From the NCBI GenBank assembly GCA_964462355.1, contig CAYWZM010000001.1, positions 1-28,639 of the forward strand: 28,639 nt of DNA, read 5' to 3'. This document shows positions 15,997-24,329 of the stretch, piece after piece. The first letter of the stretch is position 1. Every line of letters begins with the position of its first letter. The position numbers and the translations under genes are program-made. The notes beneath the pieces were generated by a model. The model ran no database searches. It had not been told where the DNA came from and saw only the letters and a list, made by a program, of their open reading frames with translations. The stretch is from an uncultured Candidatus Saccharibacteria bacterium (GTDB taxonomy: Bacteria > Patescibacteriota > Minisyncoccia > Phycocordibacterales > UBA9973).

Positions 15997-17178
15997 ATGA
16001 TGAACACATTTTCAAAAAGTTTAAAAATACTCGCACTGTGTCTGGTCATTGGTTTTGGTGCACAGATTGCATTCTCTGCATGGGGTGGAGCGCCAGGTAA
16101 TCCCCCTTCAAACAATAAAGCAGCTCCGATTAACGTGACTTCAACTCCACAAGGAAAAGGTGGAACACCGACATCAGGATCACTCCTTGATATTCATGGA
16201 CTTCTTGCTGCAAATCAACTTGGAGTTGCAGGAGATTCTATCTTTGGTGACCAAGTAATGGTTCTCCCACTCTCTGATACTACAAGAACAACACCTGAAC
16301 AAATTTGTGCCGATTCTAATGGAACACTTGTACTTTGCGGAACTTCTGGTCCAACAGGAAATACTCAAATATATACCATGCAAGGCACTTCACAGTATAC
16401 TTCTGGTCCGTGTACTATTTGTATGGCAAATACTTTTTATGTTGATCCTTCACTTGCAGGAAAAACATTTACAGTAAAAGTATGGGGTGCAGGAGGTGGT
16501 GGAGGTGCTGGTTCTGTTCACACAAGTGCGAGTGCTATCTCTCGTGATGGTGCCAAAGGTGGAGATTCAACTCTTACTAAAGTTGGTCAAGTTGTTGCTT
16601 CTGCAGTAGGCGGAGAAGGTGGTAAGGGGGGTCGCAAGGTTTGCTCGACTCCATCAATTTGTGCCTCATCGCTTGTAAACACTGGTGGTGTTGGAGGATT
16701 GACCTCTGGAACACAAACTGGACAAGATGGAGATGATGGTTCCGGAATGCTTGCTTCATCAAACCCAAAAATTGGTGGTGCAGGAGGTGGTGGAGGTGCT
16801 GGTGAGTATAAAACATATACACTTAATCTGACAGCGGGAGCAACATATGTAGTTACTCTAGGTGTAGGTGGTAGTGGGGGTACACCTTCAGAAGGAGATT
16901 CAACATTTAATGGAATTTCAGATGTTTGTGGAGGTGGTGGTGGTAATGGAAGTCAGACTACACTTAAGGATTTCTTGATAAAAACAGCATACGCTACAGG
17001 TGTTGCAGCAAATGGAGGACTTGGAGGTGTTCCATCGTCAGCTTCTGGAACATACGGAAAAGGTGGTGACGGAGGAAGTGCGGATAACTGCGGCTCGGAT
17101 ACTTCACTAGCATCAGGGGCAAAAGCAAATTCGGGAAATGGAGGATTTGGTGGACGAATGGAAATTTCATGGAACTAA
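15997..17178 (+). CDS. Secreted protein with the same base module plus a glycine-rich domain, 393 aa
   Basis: Signal peptide, base module to Cys114, then VKVWGAGGGGGAG..., YVVTLGVGGSGG, GDSTF and C-terminal GRMEISWN, typical of glycine-rich surface/fibre domains. Confidence 0.8.
   Translation: MMNTFSKSLKILALCLVIGFGAQIAFSAWGGAPGNPPSNNKAAPINVTSTPQGKGGTPTSGSLLDIHGLLAANQLGVAGDSIFGDQVMVLPLSDTTRTTPEQICADSNGTLVLCGTSGPTGNTQIYTMQGTSQYTSGPCTICMANTFYVDPSLAGKTFTVKVWGAGGGGGAGSVHTSASAISRDGAKGGDSTLTKVGQVVASAVGGEGGKGGRKVCSTPSICASSLVNTGGVGGLTSGTQTGQDGDDGSGMLASSNPKIGGAGGGGGAGEYKTYTLNLTAGATYVVTLGVGGSGGTPSEGDSTFNGISDVCGGGGGNGSQTTLKDFLIKTAYATGVAANGGLGGVPSSASGTYGKGGDGGSADNCGSDTSLASGAKANSGNGGFGGRMEISWN
16486..16803 (+). 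repeat. Two identical 27-nt copies (16486-16512 and 16777-16803) encoding GAGGGGGAG
   Basis: GGTGCAGGAGGTGGTGGAGGTGCTGGT twice, 291 nt apart, in frame. Confidence 0.85.
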
Positions 17179-17180
17179 TC

Positions 17181-17216
17181 ATAAAAACTCACAGCATGTA
17201 TGCTGTGAGTTTTTAT
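17181..17216. terminator. Terminator of the surface-protein operon (16-bp arms)
   Basis: ATAAAAACTCACAGCA-TGTA-TGCTGTGAGTTTTTAT. Confidence 0.85.
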
Positions 17217-17252
17217 ATTGCTGATATACTAATGATAAGTAATTCAATTTTT

Positions 17253-19004
17253 ATGCGCAATCAAGATACTCAACTTAAAAAATTTATTCTAGAAGCTGGT
17301 TTGGCATCAAAGGCAGATATTGTTGAAGCTGAAAGGCGTATTGAGGACACAAACGAAACAATAGGCAATGCGCTTCTTTCTTTAGGGAAAATAAAAGAAG
17401 AAGATCTTCGTCGAACCGAAGCATATGTACTTGGTATTCCTTTTGTAAGTCTTCAAGGAGAAAAAATTGATTTTTCAATTTTGTCATTGATTCCTGAGCC
17501 AATCGCACGAACTCACAATGTAATCGCGTATCAAAAAACAAAAGAAGGATTGGAAGTAGCAATGCTTGATATTGACGATCTTTCTGTGATTGATTCAGTA
17601 AAAAAGAAAGTAGGGTTGAAAATTCTCCCGCGACTTACTGATCAAGAATCTATTAAATCAGCACTTCTTCAGTATAAGAAAACACTCAAGGCAGAATTTG
17701 ACGATATCATCAAGAAAGAATCTGCATCACTTAAAACAATATCAGAAGCAGATGGGGAGAATGTCACAGAAAAAGATTTGAAAGAAATGGCAGAAGATTT
17801 GCCTGTTGTGAAAATTGTCGACACGCTCATTTCTCATGCCATCATCCAAAACACCTCCGATATTCATATCGAACCAGGAGAACACGAACTCATTGTGCGT
17901 TATCGTATTGATGGACTTCTTCGTGATGCCATGGTACTCCCAAAAGATGCAGCTGCAGGAATTATTGCTCGTATCAAAGTACTTTCTAATTTAAAACTTG
18001 ATGAAAAGCGAATTCCTCAAGACGGAAGATTCAAAATTGAAAATGATGGAGAAAAAGTATCATTTCGTGTCTCAACACTCCCAACATACTACGGAGAAAA
18101 AACTGTTATCCGTATTTTGAAAGAAAATTCAAAGGGATTCACACTTGAGGCACTTGGATTTCATGGAGAATCACTCGACAGAATTCATGATGGCATGAAG
18201 CAACGCACTGGAATGGTGCTTGCTGCGGGGCCGACTGGATCTGGAAAATCTACAACGCTCTATACGATTCTAGACATTTTGAATACTCCAGATGTGAATA
18301 TTTCTACAGTCGAAGATCCTATCGAATACCAAATGCCTCGAATCAACCAGACACAAGTCAAACCAGAAATTGGTATGACATTTGCAAACGGACTACGCGC
18401 GCTTCTCCGACAAGACCCTGATATTGTAATGGTGGGGGAAATTCGTGATGGAGAAACTGCATCTTTGGCCGTGAATGCTGCTCTTACTGGACACTTAGTG
18501 CTTTCAACTATTCATACAAACTCTGCAGCAGGTGCAGTGCCCCGAATGATTGATATGGGTGTTGAGCCATTCCTGATTGTGTCGACGGTAAAAGTTGTGA
18601 TCGCACAACGTCTCGTACGACGACTTACTAACGCAAAAGAGAAGTATATTTTGTCAGAAGGGGAACCCAAAGCATTGAGTAATATTGTTGATCTTGATCG
18701 AATGCTTTCATTGCTTAAACTTGAAAAAGCTGTAGGTGAGAAAGATGATTGGAGTACTATTTCATTTTATAGACCTAAGAAAAGTGAAGAAAGCGAAGAT
18801 GGATACAAGGGGCGAGTGGGAATCCATGAAGCCCTCAAGATGAGTCCTGCAATTAAGGAATTGGTATTAAAGGGTGCATCTGCCGATGATATTGAAGCAC
18901 AGGCAAAAAAAGAAGGCATGATGACAATGATTGAAGACGGAATATATCAAGCGGTGATGGGATTTACTACAACAGAAGAAGTGTTGCGTGTGGTAAGTGA
19001 ATAG
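17253..19004 (+). CDS. pilB: Type IV pilus assembly ATPase (PilB/GspE family)
   Basis: N-terminal MshEN/GSPII-like region, SDIHIEP, RIPQDGRF, Walker A GPTGSGKST, TVEDPIEY, LRQDPDIVMVGEIRD, LSTIHTNSA. Likely start ATG 17253 behind TGA-TATACT (17222-17230). Confidence 0.93.
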   Translation: MRNQDTQLKKFILEAGLASKADIVEAERRIEDTNETIGNALLSLGKIKEEDLRRTEAYVLGIPFVSLQGEKIDFSILSLIPEPIARTHNVIAYQKTKEGLEVAMLDIDDLSVIDSVKKKVGLKILPRLTDQESIKSALLQYKKTLKAEFDDIIKKESASLKTISEADGENVTEKDLKEMAEDLPVVKIVDTLISHAIIQNTSDIHIEPGEHELIVRYRIDGLLRDAMVLPKDAAAGIIARIKVLSNLKLDEKRIPQDGRFKIENDGEKVSFRVSTLPTYYGEKTVIRILKENSKGFTLEALGFHGESLDRIHDGMKQRTGMVLAAGPTGSGKSTTLYTILDILNTPDVNISTVEDPIEYQMPRINQTQVKPEIGMTFANGLRALLRQDPDIVMVGEIRDGETASLAVNAALTGHLVLSTIHTNSAAGAVPRMIDMGVEPFLIVSTVKVVIAQRLVRRLTNAKEKYILSEGEPKALSNIVDLDRMLSLLKLEKAVGEKDDWSTISFYRPKKSEESEDGYKGRVGIHEALKMSPAIKELVLKGASADDIEAQAKKEGMMTMIEDGIYQAVMGFTTTEEVLRVVSE

Positions 19005-19006
19005 TG

Positions 19007-19042
19007 AAAATAAAAAACTCTTTAAAAAGAGTTTTTTATTTT
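19007..19042. terminator. AT-rich inverted repeat/terminator after pilB
   Basis: AAAATAAAAAACTCTTT-AA-AAAGAGTTTTTTATTTT, 17-nt arms. Confidence 0.7.
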
Positions 19043-19061
19043 ATAAACGAGCAAAAAAAAA

Positions 19062-19081
19062 TTTTTATCGTATAATATATT
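19062..19081 (+). promoter_or_regulatory. pilC promoter motif, copy 1
   Basis: TTTTTATCG-TATAAT-ATATT; 19/20 identical to 22776-22795. Confidence 0.6.
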
Positions 19082-19111
19082 TATACCCTATTTTAGTGTG
19101 TTTTAACTCTA

Positions 19112-20329
19112 ATGAAATTTCAATACAAAATTCAAACAAAAGAAGGACAAATTCAAGAAGGTGTTATTGAAGCACCAGATAAATTTGCTGTTACAAAACA
19201 ATTTAGAGAGCAAGGAATTGTTCCGATTATGGTTATTGAAAAAAAGGGAGCACTTGAAATTAATATTCCTTTTGTGAGCGCGTTGTTTGGTAAAATTAAA
19301 CTCTCAGAAAAAATTATTTTTACACGAAATCTTTCAGGAATGATTTCAGCAGGACTTCCTCTTTCTCGTGCACTTCAAGTTCTTCATAAGCAGACAAAAA
19401 ATAAAAAATTTCAGAGTGTCATTGATGATCTCATGAAAAATATTGACAAGGGAGGCACACTTTCAGATGGAATGGCAAAGTATCCAAAAGTATTCTCAAC
19501 ACTTTTTATTTCAATGGTTCGAGCAGGTGAAGAATCAGGAAAGCTCGCTCCTTCACTTACTGAGATAGGTGCAAACCTCGAGAAGAGCTACAATCTGACG
19601 CGAAAGGTAAAAGGTGCTATGACGTATCCTTCTGTTATTGTCTCAGCGATGTTTTTGATTGGAATTTTGATGATGATTTACGTGGTGCCAACACTCACTG
19701 GAACATTCAAGGAGCTCAATATTGAGTTACCGGCATCGACAAGACTTGTTATTTGGATAAGTGATACTCTTTCATCTTCACCATTGTTGGTGTTTGCATC
19801 ATTGATTGTATTTGTGTTTTTACTTAGAGCGTTTGTCCGCGCAGAACGAACACAACCATTTATTGATATTGTCATTTTGAAAATTCCTGTAGTTGGAAAC
19901 ATTATCAAGGAAATGAATTCTGCTCGAACCGCACGAACGCTTTCGTCACTGCTTGCCTCTGGTGTAGATGTCACGCGTGCACTACAAATTACAAAAGATG
20001 TTGTTCAGAATGTTCATTATAAACGCTTGATACAAAAAGCAGTCGATGCTGTCCAGAAGGGTGTTCCTATCTCGTCAATCTTTAAAGAACGGACAGATCT
20101 CTACCCGGTTATGGTTGGTGAAATGATGGAGGTTGGAGAAGAAACAGGAAAGTTTGGTGATATGCTTCTGGATATTGCGACCTTTTATGAATCTGAAGTT
20201 GAAGCAAAGACCAAAGATCTTTCAACTATTATCGAACCAGTACTTATGATACTTATTGGAGGAGCGGTAGGATTTTTTGCGGTATCGATGATTACCCCAA
20301 TGTATTCATTGATGGATAGCATAGGATAA
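19112..20329 (+). CDS. pilC: Type IV pilus inner-membrane platform protein (PilC/GspF)
   Basis: FTRNLSGMISAGLPL, MVRAGEESGKL, KVKGAMTYP, VGEETG, IEPVLMILIGGAVGFFAVSMITPMY. Confidence 0.95.
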   Translation: MKFQYKIQTKEGQIQEGVIEAPDKFAVTKQFREQGIVPIMVIEKKGALEINIPFVSALFGKIKLSEKIIFTRNLSGMISAGLPLSRALQVLHKQTKNKKFQSVIDDLMKNIDKGGTLSDGMAKYPKVFSTLFISMVRAGEESGKLAPSLTEIGANLEKSYNLTRKVKGAMTYPSVIVSAMFLIGILMMIYVVPTLTGTFKELNIELPASTRLVIWISDTLSSSPLLVFASLIVFVFLLRAFVRAERTQPFIDIVILKIPVVGNIIKEMNSARTARTLSSLLASGVDVTRALQITKDVVQNVHYKRLIQKAVDAVQKGVPISSIFKERTDLYPVMVGEMMEVGEETGKFGDMLLDIATFYESEVEAKTKDLSTIIEPVLMILIGGAVGFFAVSMITPMYSLMDSIG

Positions 20330-20334
20330 ACACG

Positions 20335-22143
20335 ATGTACAATTATTTTTATACAAAACGATACACAAAAGGGACAACTCTCGTCGAGACACTAGTTGCT
20401 GTAGCTTTTTTTGTGGGAGTATCAATGGCACTCTACGGAGTGTATCAAAAAGTCACTACACTTTTGTCTATTATCAAAGTCAAAACTGTTGCAACAAATA
20501 TTGCAAACGAACAACTAGAAATTATTCGAAATCTTTCTTATTCATCAGTTGGTACAAGTGGCGGTATCCCCTCAGGAACACTTCCTCAGACACAAACTGT
20601 TACTCGTGATGGCATTTCGTTTACTGTGGGAATAACAATTCGAAACGTTGATCAAACTTATGACGGAACTTTGGGTGGTAATCCAAATGATACTTCGCCT
20701 GCAGATAATAAATTTGTTGACATAGAAGTTTCGTGTACAGAATGTAAGTACACAAGTCCAATATCTCTTTCAACCTTGGTTGCCCCAAAAAACCTGGAGC
20801 TCACATCAAATAATGGCGCACTTTTTGTTCAAGTATTTGATGCAAATGGACAACCTGTTTCAGAAGCTGATGTGACCGTGGTCAACAGTTCTGTGTCTCC
20901 TGCTGTTAATCTTACAGACGAAACAAGTGTGGATGGAATACTTCGAATTATCGATGTACCTCCTTCATCTGCATACAGTGTGAGTGCTACAAAAAATGGA
21001 TATTCAACTTCACGTACGTACACAACCACCGAACTTTCGGGGTCAACACCTATTACACCTCAAGCTTTTGTTGCATCACAAACTATAACTCAAATCTCGC
21101 TTGCAATTGATAGATTGAGCACACTTTCGGTTGATAGTGTTACATCAACATGTACACCCGTATCTGGTTTTGATTTTTCTCTTAAAGGTACAAAAAAGAT
21201 TGGTACAAATCCTGATGTAATTAAATATAATCAAAATCATGCAACAAACAGCTCAGGTTCGCTTTCACTTTCTACTCTTGAGTGGGATACGTACAACATT
21301 ACACCTATTGATTCAAATTATGATCTTATTGGCTCAAACCCGCTTTTGCAATTCGATGTATTACCAAACTCTTCTCAATCAATACAATTTATTGTTGCAC
21401 CTCGAGCACCCAAAACACTAATGGTTACAGTAAAGGATTCTTCGACAGGGCTTCCAATTTCTGGTGCTTCAGTAGAACTCGATGATCAGCAAAGTTCTTT
21501 TGAAAGTACAAAAACCACTGGCCAAGGCTTCTTTTCTCAGACAGATTGGTCGGGTGGAAGTGGTCAAGCAAACTTTACAGATTCGACACATTATTTTGGA
21601 GATAATAATTTCGTGAATACTACAACAGTTCCTGGTACGCTGTCGTTGGTGAATTCAGGTGGGACATATACGTCAAATGGAATTCTTGAGTCATCTACAT
21701 TTGATACCGGATCTACTTCAACAAATTACAATGAGATTTTGTGGTTACCACAAGATCAACCGATCGCAACCGGGAGCGAAAGTGTTAAGTTTCAGATTGC
21801 ATCAAACAATGACAATGCAACATGGAATTTTACAGGACCAGATGGAACAGGTGCATCGTATTATACAGCTGCGAATAAAACTCTCGGTACTCATCATAGT
21901 GGTAATCGATATATTCGTTATAAAATATTTTTAAGCACAGAGTCTTCTAGTACTACTCCATCTGTGTCTGATGTGAGTCTCACGTATTCCTCGTCGTGTA
22001 CACCGCCTGGACAAGTGTCGTTTCAAAATTTAGATTCAAGTACGTATTCACTTACAGTGTCAAAATCAGGATATAATGATTCAAGTACTCTTGTGAATAT
22101 TTCCTCTGATTGGCAACAATCAAACGTAACACTAAACCCTTAA
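20335..22143 (+). CDS. Giant PilV-like minor pilin with carboxypeptidase-regulatory-like domains, 602 aa
   Basis: Class III signal KG|TTLVETLVAV (Glu5), ATNIANEQLEIIRNLSY, then repeated VQV.D..G.PVS.A.V...YSV.A.K.GY modules. Confidence 0.85.
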   Translation: MYNYFYTKRYTKGTTLVETLVAVAFFVGVSMALYGVYQKVTTLLSIIKVKTVATNIANEQLEIIRNLSYSSVGTSGGIPSGTLPQTQTVTRDGISFTVGITIRNVDQTYDGTLGGNPNDTSPADNKFVDIEVSCTECKYTSPISLSTLVAPKNLELTSNNGALFVQVFDANGQPVSEADVTVVNSSVSPAVNLTDETSVDGILRIIDVPPSSAYSVSATKNGYSTSRTYTTTELSGSTPITPQAFVASQTITQISLAIDRLSTLSVDSVTSTCTPVSGFDFSLKGTKKIGTNPDVIKYNQNHATNSSGSLSLSTLEWDTYNITPIDSNYDLIGSNPLLQFDVLPNSSQSIQFIVAPRAPKTLMVTVKDSSTGLPISGASVELDDQQSSFESTKTTGQGFFSQTDWSGGSGQANFTDSTHYFGDNNFVNTTTVPGTLSLVNSGGTYTSNGILESSTFDTGSTSTNYNEILWLPQDQPIATGSESVKFQIASNNDNATWNFTGPDGTGASYYTAANKTLGTHHSGNRYIRYKIFLSTESSSTTPSVSDVSLTYSSSCTPPGQVSFQNLDSSTYSLTVSKSGYNDSSTLVNISSDWQQSNVTLNP

Positions 22144-22757
22144 TGAAATCATCACCAACTACAATTCGCGGTTTTTCTCTTGCTGAAACAATTGTGACAG
22201 TAGCTATTGTTGCGGTAATTGGAATTGGTGCGGGCAAATTTAGTGGGGATGTGTTTTCTTTCAATCGCTATTTTTCAAAGTCATTAAATGTAGCAAGTGA
22301 CGCACGAAAAGTCCTTCGCCCTATGGTGAATGAAATACGCAGTGCATCTCTCTCGTCACTTGGCGGGTATCCTATTGAAGTTGCTGGAACAAACGAATTT
22401 GTATTTTTTACTGATACTGATGACAACGGAGTTAAGGAAAGAGTCCGCTATTACCTAAGCGGAACTACTCTTAAAAAGGGAATAACTGTTCCGACTGGGA
22501 ATCCGTATGTATACAATACCGCAAACGAAACCTCATATGATTTGATTCAATATGTCCGAAATGGATCAACTCCGATATTTACATATTATGATTCAAATTA
22601 TAACGGTTCGACATCGGCTCTTACATCACCAGTTTCTGTCACGAGTGTGCGATTGGTGCGGATTGAAGTTATCATTGATGAAAAAGTAAATATTCCACCT
22701 GCGCCGCTTTCGATTGTGACACAAGTCTCGTTCCGTAACTTAAAAGACAACTTATAA
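22143..22757 (+). CDS. PilW/PulJ-like minor pilin, about 204 aa
   Basis: Class III signal RG|FSLAETIVTV (Glu5), MVNEIRSAS, C-terminal TQVSFRNL. ATG overlaps the upstream TAA (TAATG). Confidence 0.85.
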   Translation: MKSSPTTIRGFSLAETIVTVAIVAVIGIGAGKFSGDVFSFNRYFSKSLNVASDARKVLRPMVNEIRSASLSSLGGYPIEVAGTNEFVFFTDTDDNGVKERVRYYLSGTTLKKGITVPTGNPYVYNTANETSYDLIQYVRNGSTPIFTYYDSNYNGSTSALTSPVSVTSVRLVRIEVIIDEKVNIPPAPLSIVTQVSFRNLKDNL

Positions 22758-22775
22758 TGTGCACATTTTTTTGAT

Positions 22776-22795
22776 TTTTTATCGTACAATATATT
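22776..22795 (+). promoter_or_regulatory. pilX-like gene promoter motif, copy 2 (leaderless geometry)
   Basis: TTTTTATCG-TACAAT-ATATT; the -10 box ends 6 nt before ATG 22797. Confidence 0.6.
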
Positions 22796-22796
22796 C

Positions 22797-24305
22797 ATGG
22801 TGCGCATTTTAGAAAAAACAACAAAAAAAGTTCGTGGCGCAATGCTTATTGGTGTTGTAGTTTTTTCTTCAATTGCAATTGCGCTTGTTGCTGGATTTGT
22901 GGGATGGACGCAGTCTACAATGGCACTATCTCGACATACTATTTATCGTGAACAGGCATTTCAAATTGCTGAAGCTGGAATTGATTATTATCGATGGCAT
23001 CTTGCACACAACAAAAATGATTTTAAAGATGGAACAAACAGCAATGGTCCGTACACACATGAATTCAAAGATGAAAATGGAAATGTTATAGGTCATTTTA
23101 TTCTCACAATTACTCCTCCTGTTACTGGATCTACTGTGGTCACTATACGATCAGAAGGAACAGTTGTCGCAGATCCATCAGCATCTCGAATTATTCAAAC
23201 CAAACTTGCCATTCCTTCGTTTGCAAAATGGGCAGTGGTTGCAAATGATACGATGCGATTTGGAGAGGGTACTGAAACATTTGGCCCGATTCATTCAAAT
23301 GGAGGAATTCGATTTGATGGATTGGCCCACAATTTAGTTACAAGTACTGTATCTAGTTATGATGATCCAGACCATGATGAGCCTGGTGCAGATAAATTAG
23401 AATTTGGAGTACACACGCACGTGAAGCCGCCACCTCAAACTGGTTCGTATGTCCAATATGTTGCCGCAGAGACACCACCTGCAACTCCTCAGGCTCGAAC
23501 AGATGTGTTTATGGCAGGAAGACAATTTCCTGTTGCGTCGGCAGATTTTAATGGTATTACTTCAAGTCTTTCTCAGATTAAAACAAGTGCTCAATCAAGT
23601 GGAAGATATTTTGCTGCATCGGGATATCAAGGTTATCGAATAGTGTTAAAAACAAATGACACTTTTGATCTGTATCGTGTTACAAATCTTTCAACTGTAA
23701 CAAATGGATGTAGTCAGAATTCAAGCGGAGAAGATGAATGGGGGACATGGAGTATTAGATCAAACAATGGGCAAGTACTCCTTGGAAATTATGCATTTCC
23801 TTCAAATGGTTTAATTTTTGTTGAGGATAATTTGTGGATTGACGGAACTATCAATACCGCACGTCTTACAATCGCAGCAGGAAGATTTCCCGACAATGCA
23901 AACACACGAAAAAGTATCACCATAAATAATGATTTAAAGTATACAAACTATAATGGAACTGATGTCATTTCACTTATTGCCCAAAAGAATATCAATGTAG
24001 GATTTGTCTCCGAAGACGATCTTCAGATAGATGCTGCACTTGTAGCTCAAAATGGACGAGTAGGGAGATATTATTACTCCTCGGCGTGTAGCACCTACTA
24101 TACACGTTCTATCTTGAGACTGTATGGAATGATTGCTTCAAACCAACGATATGGTTTTGCCTTCGCAAACTCTGGTGGACAGCATGTAAGTGGATATGAA
24201 GACCGTGTGATTACTTATGATGCAAATCTCCTTTATGCGCCACCTCCATCATTTCCTCTCACTTCAGACTCATACAGTACGATTTCATGGGAGGAAATTG
24301 AGTAA
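22797..24305 (+). CDS. PilX-like minor pilin with large C-terminal beta domain, 502 aa
   Basis: RG|AMLIGVVVF with no Glu5, EQAFQIAEAGIDY PilX N-terminal motif, HSNGGIRF, C-terminal TYDANLLYAPPPSFP...WEE. Confidence 0.85.
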   Translation: MVRILEKTTKKVRGAMLIGVVVFSSIAIALVAGFVGWTQSTMALSRHTIYREQAFQIAEAGIDYYRWHLAHNKNDFKDGTNSNGPYTHEFKDENGNVIGHFILTITPPVTGSTVVTIRSEGTVVADPSASRIIQTKLAIPSFAKWAVVANDTMRFGEGTETFGPIHSNGGIRFDGLAHNLVTSTVSSYDDPDHDEPGADKLEFGVHTHVKPPPQTGSYVQYVAAETPPATPQARTDVFMAGRQFPVASADFNGITSSLSQIKTSAQSSGRYFAASGYQGYRIVLKTNDTFDLYRVTNLSTVTNGCSQNSSGEDEWGTWSIRSNNGQVLLGNYAFPSNGLIFVEDNLWIDGTINTARLTIAAGRFPDNANTRKSITINNDLKYTNYNGTDVISLIAQKNINVGFVSEDDLQIDAALVAQNGRVGRYYYSSACSTYYTRSILRLYGMIASNQRYGFAFANSGGQHVSGYEDRVITYDANLLYAPPPSFPLTSDSYSTISWEEIE

Positions 24306-24314
24306 CAATCAATA

Positions 24315-24323
24315 TGGTATACT
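24315..24323 (+). promoter_or_regulatory. Extended -10 promoter of tpiA-pgk (leaderless geometry)
   Basis: TGG-TATACT, then 6 nt, then ATG 24330. Confidence 0.6.
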
Positions 24324-24329
24324 TTTTCT

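Noticed and set aside
15618-17178. Shufflon-type inversion system for the base-module genes
   Set aside because: Both genes are co-oriented, each has its own signal peptide, the shared RTTP motif uses different codons (no conserved crossover site) and no recombinase is nearby.
17253-24305. Absence of major pilin, PilD, PilT and PilM/N/O as evidence of a degenerate or novel secretion system
   Set aside because: These genes are commonly at other loci; a 28-kb window cannot show absence.
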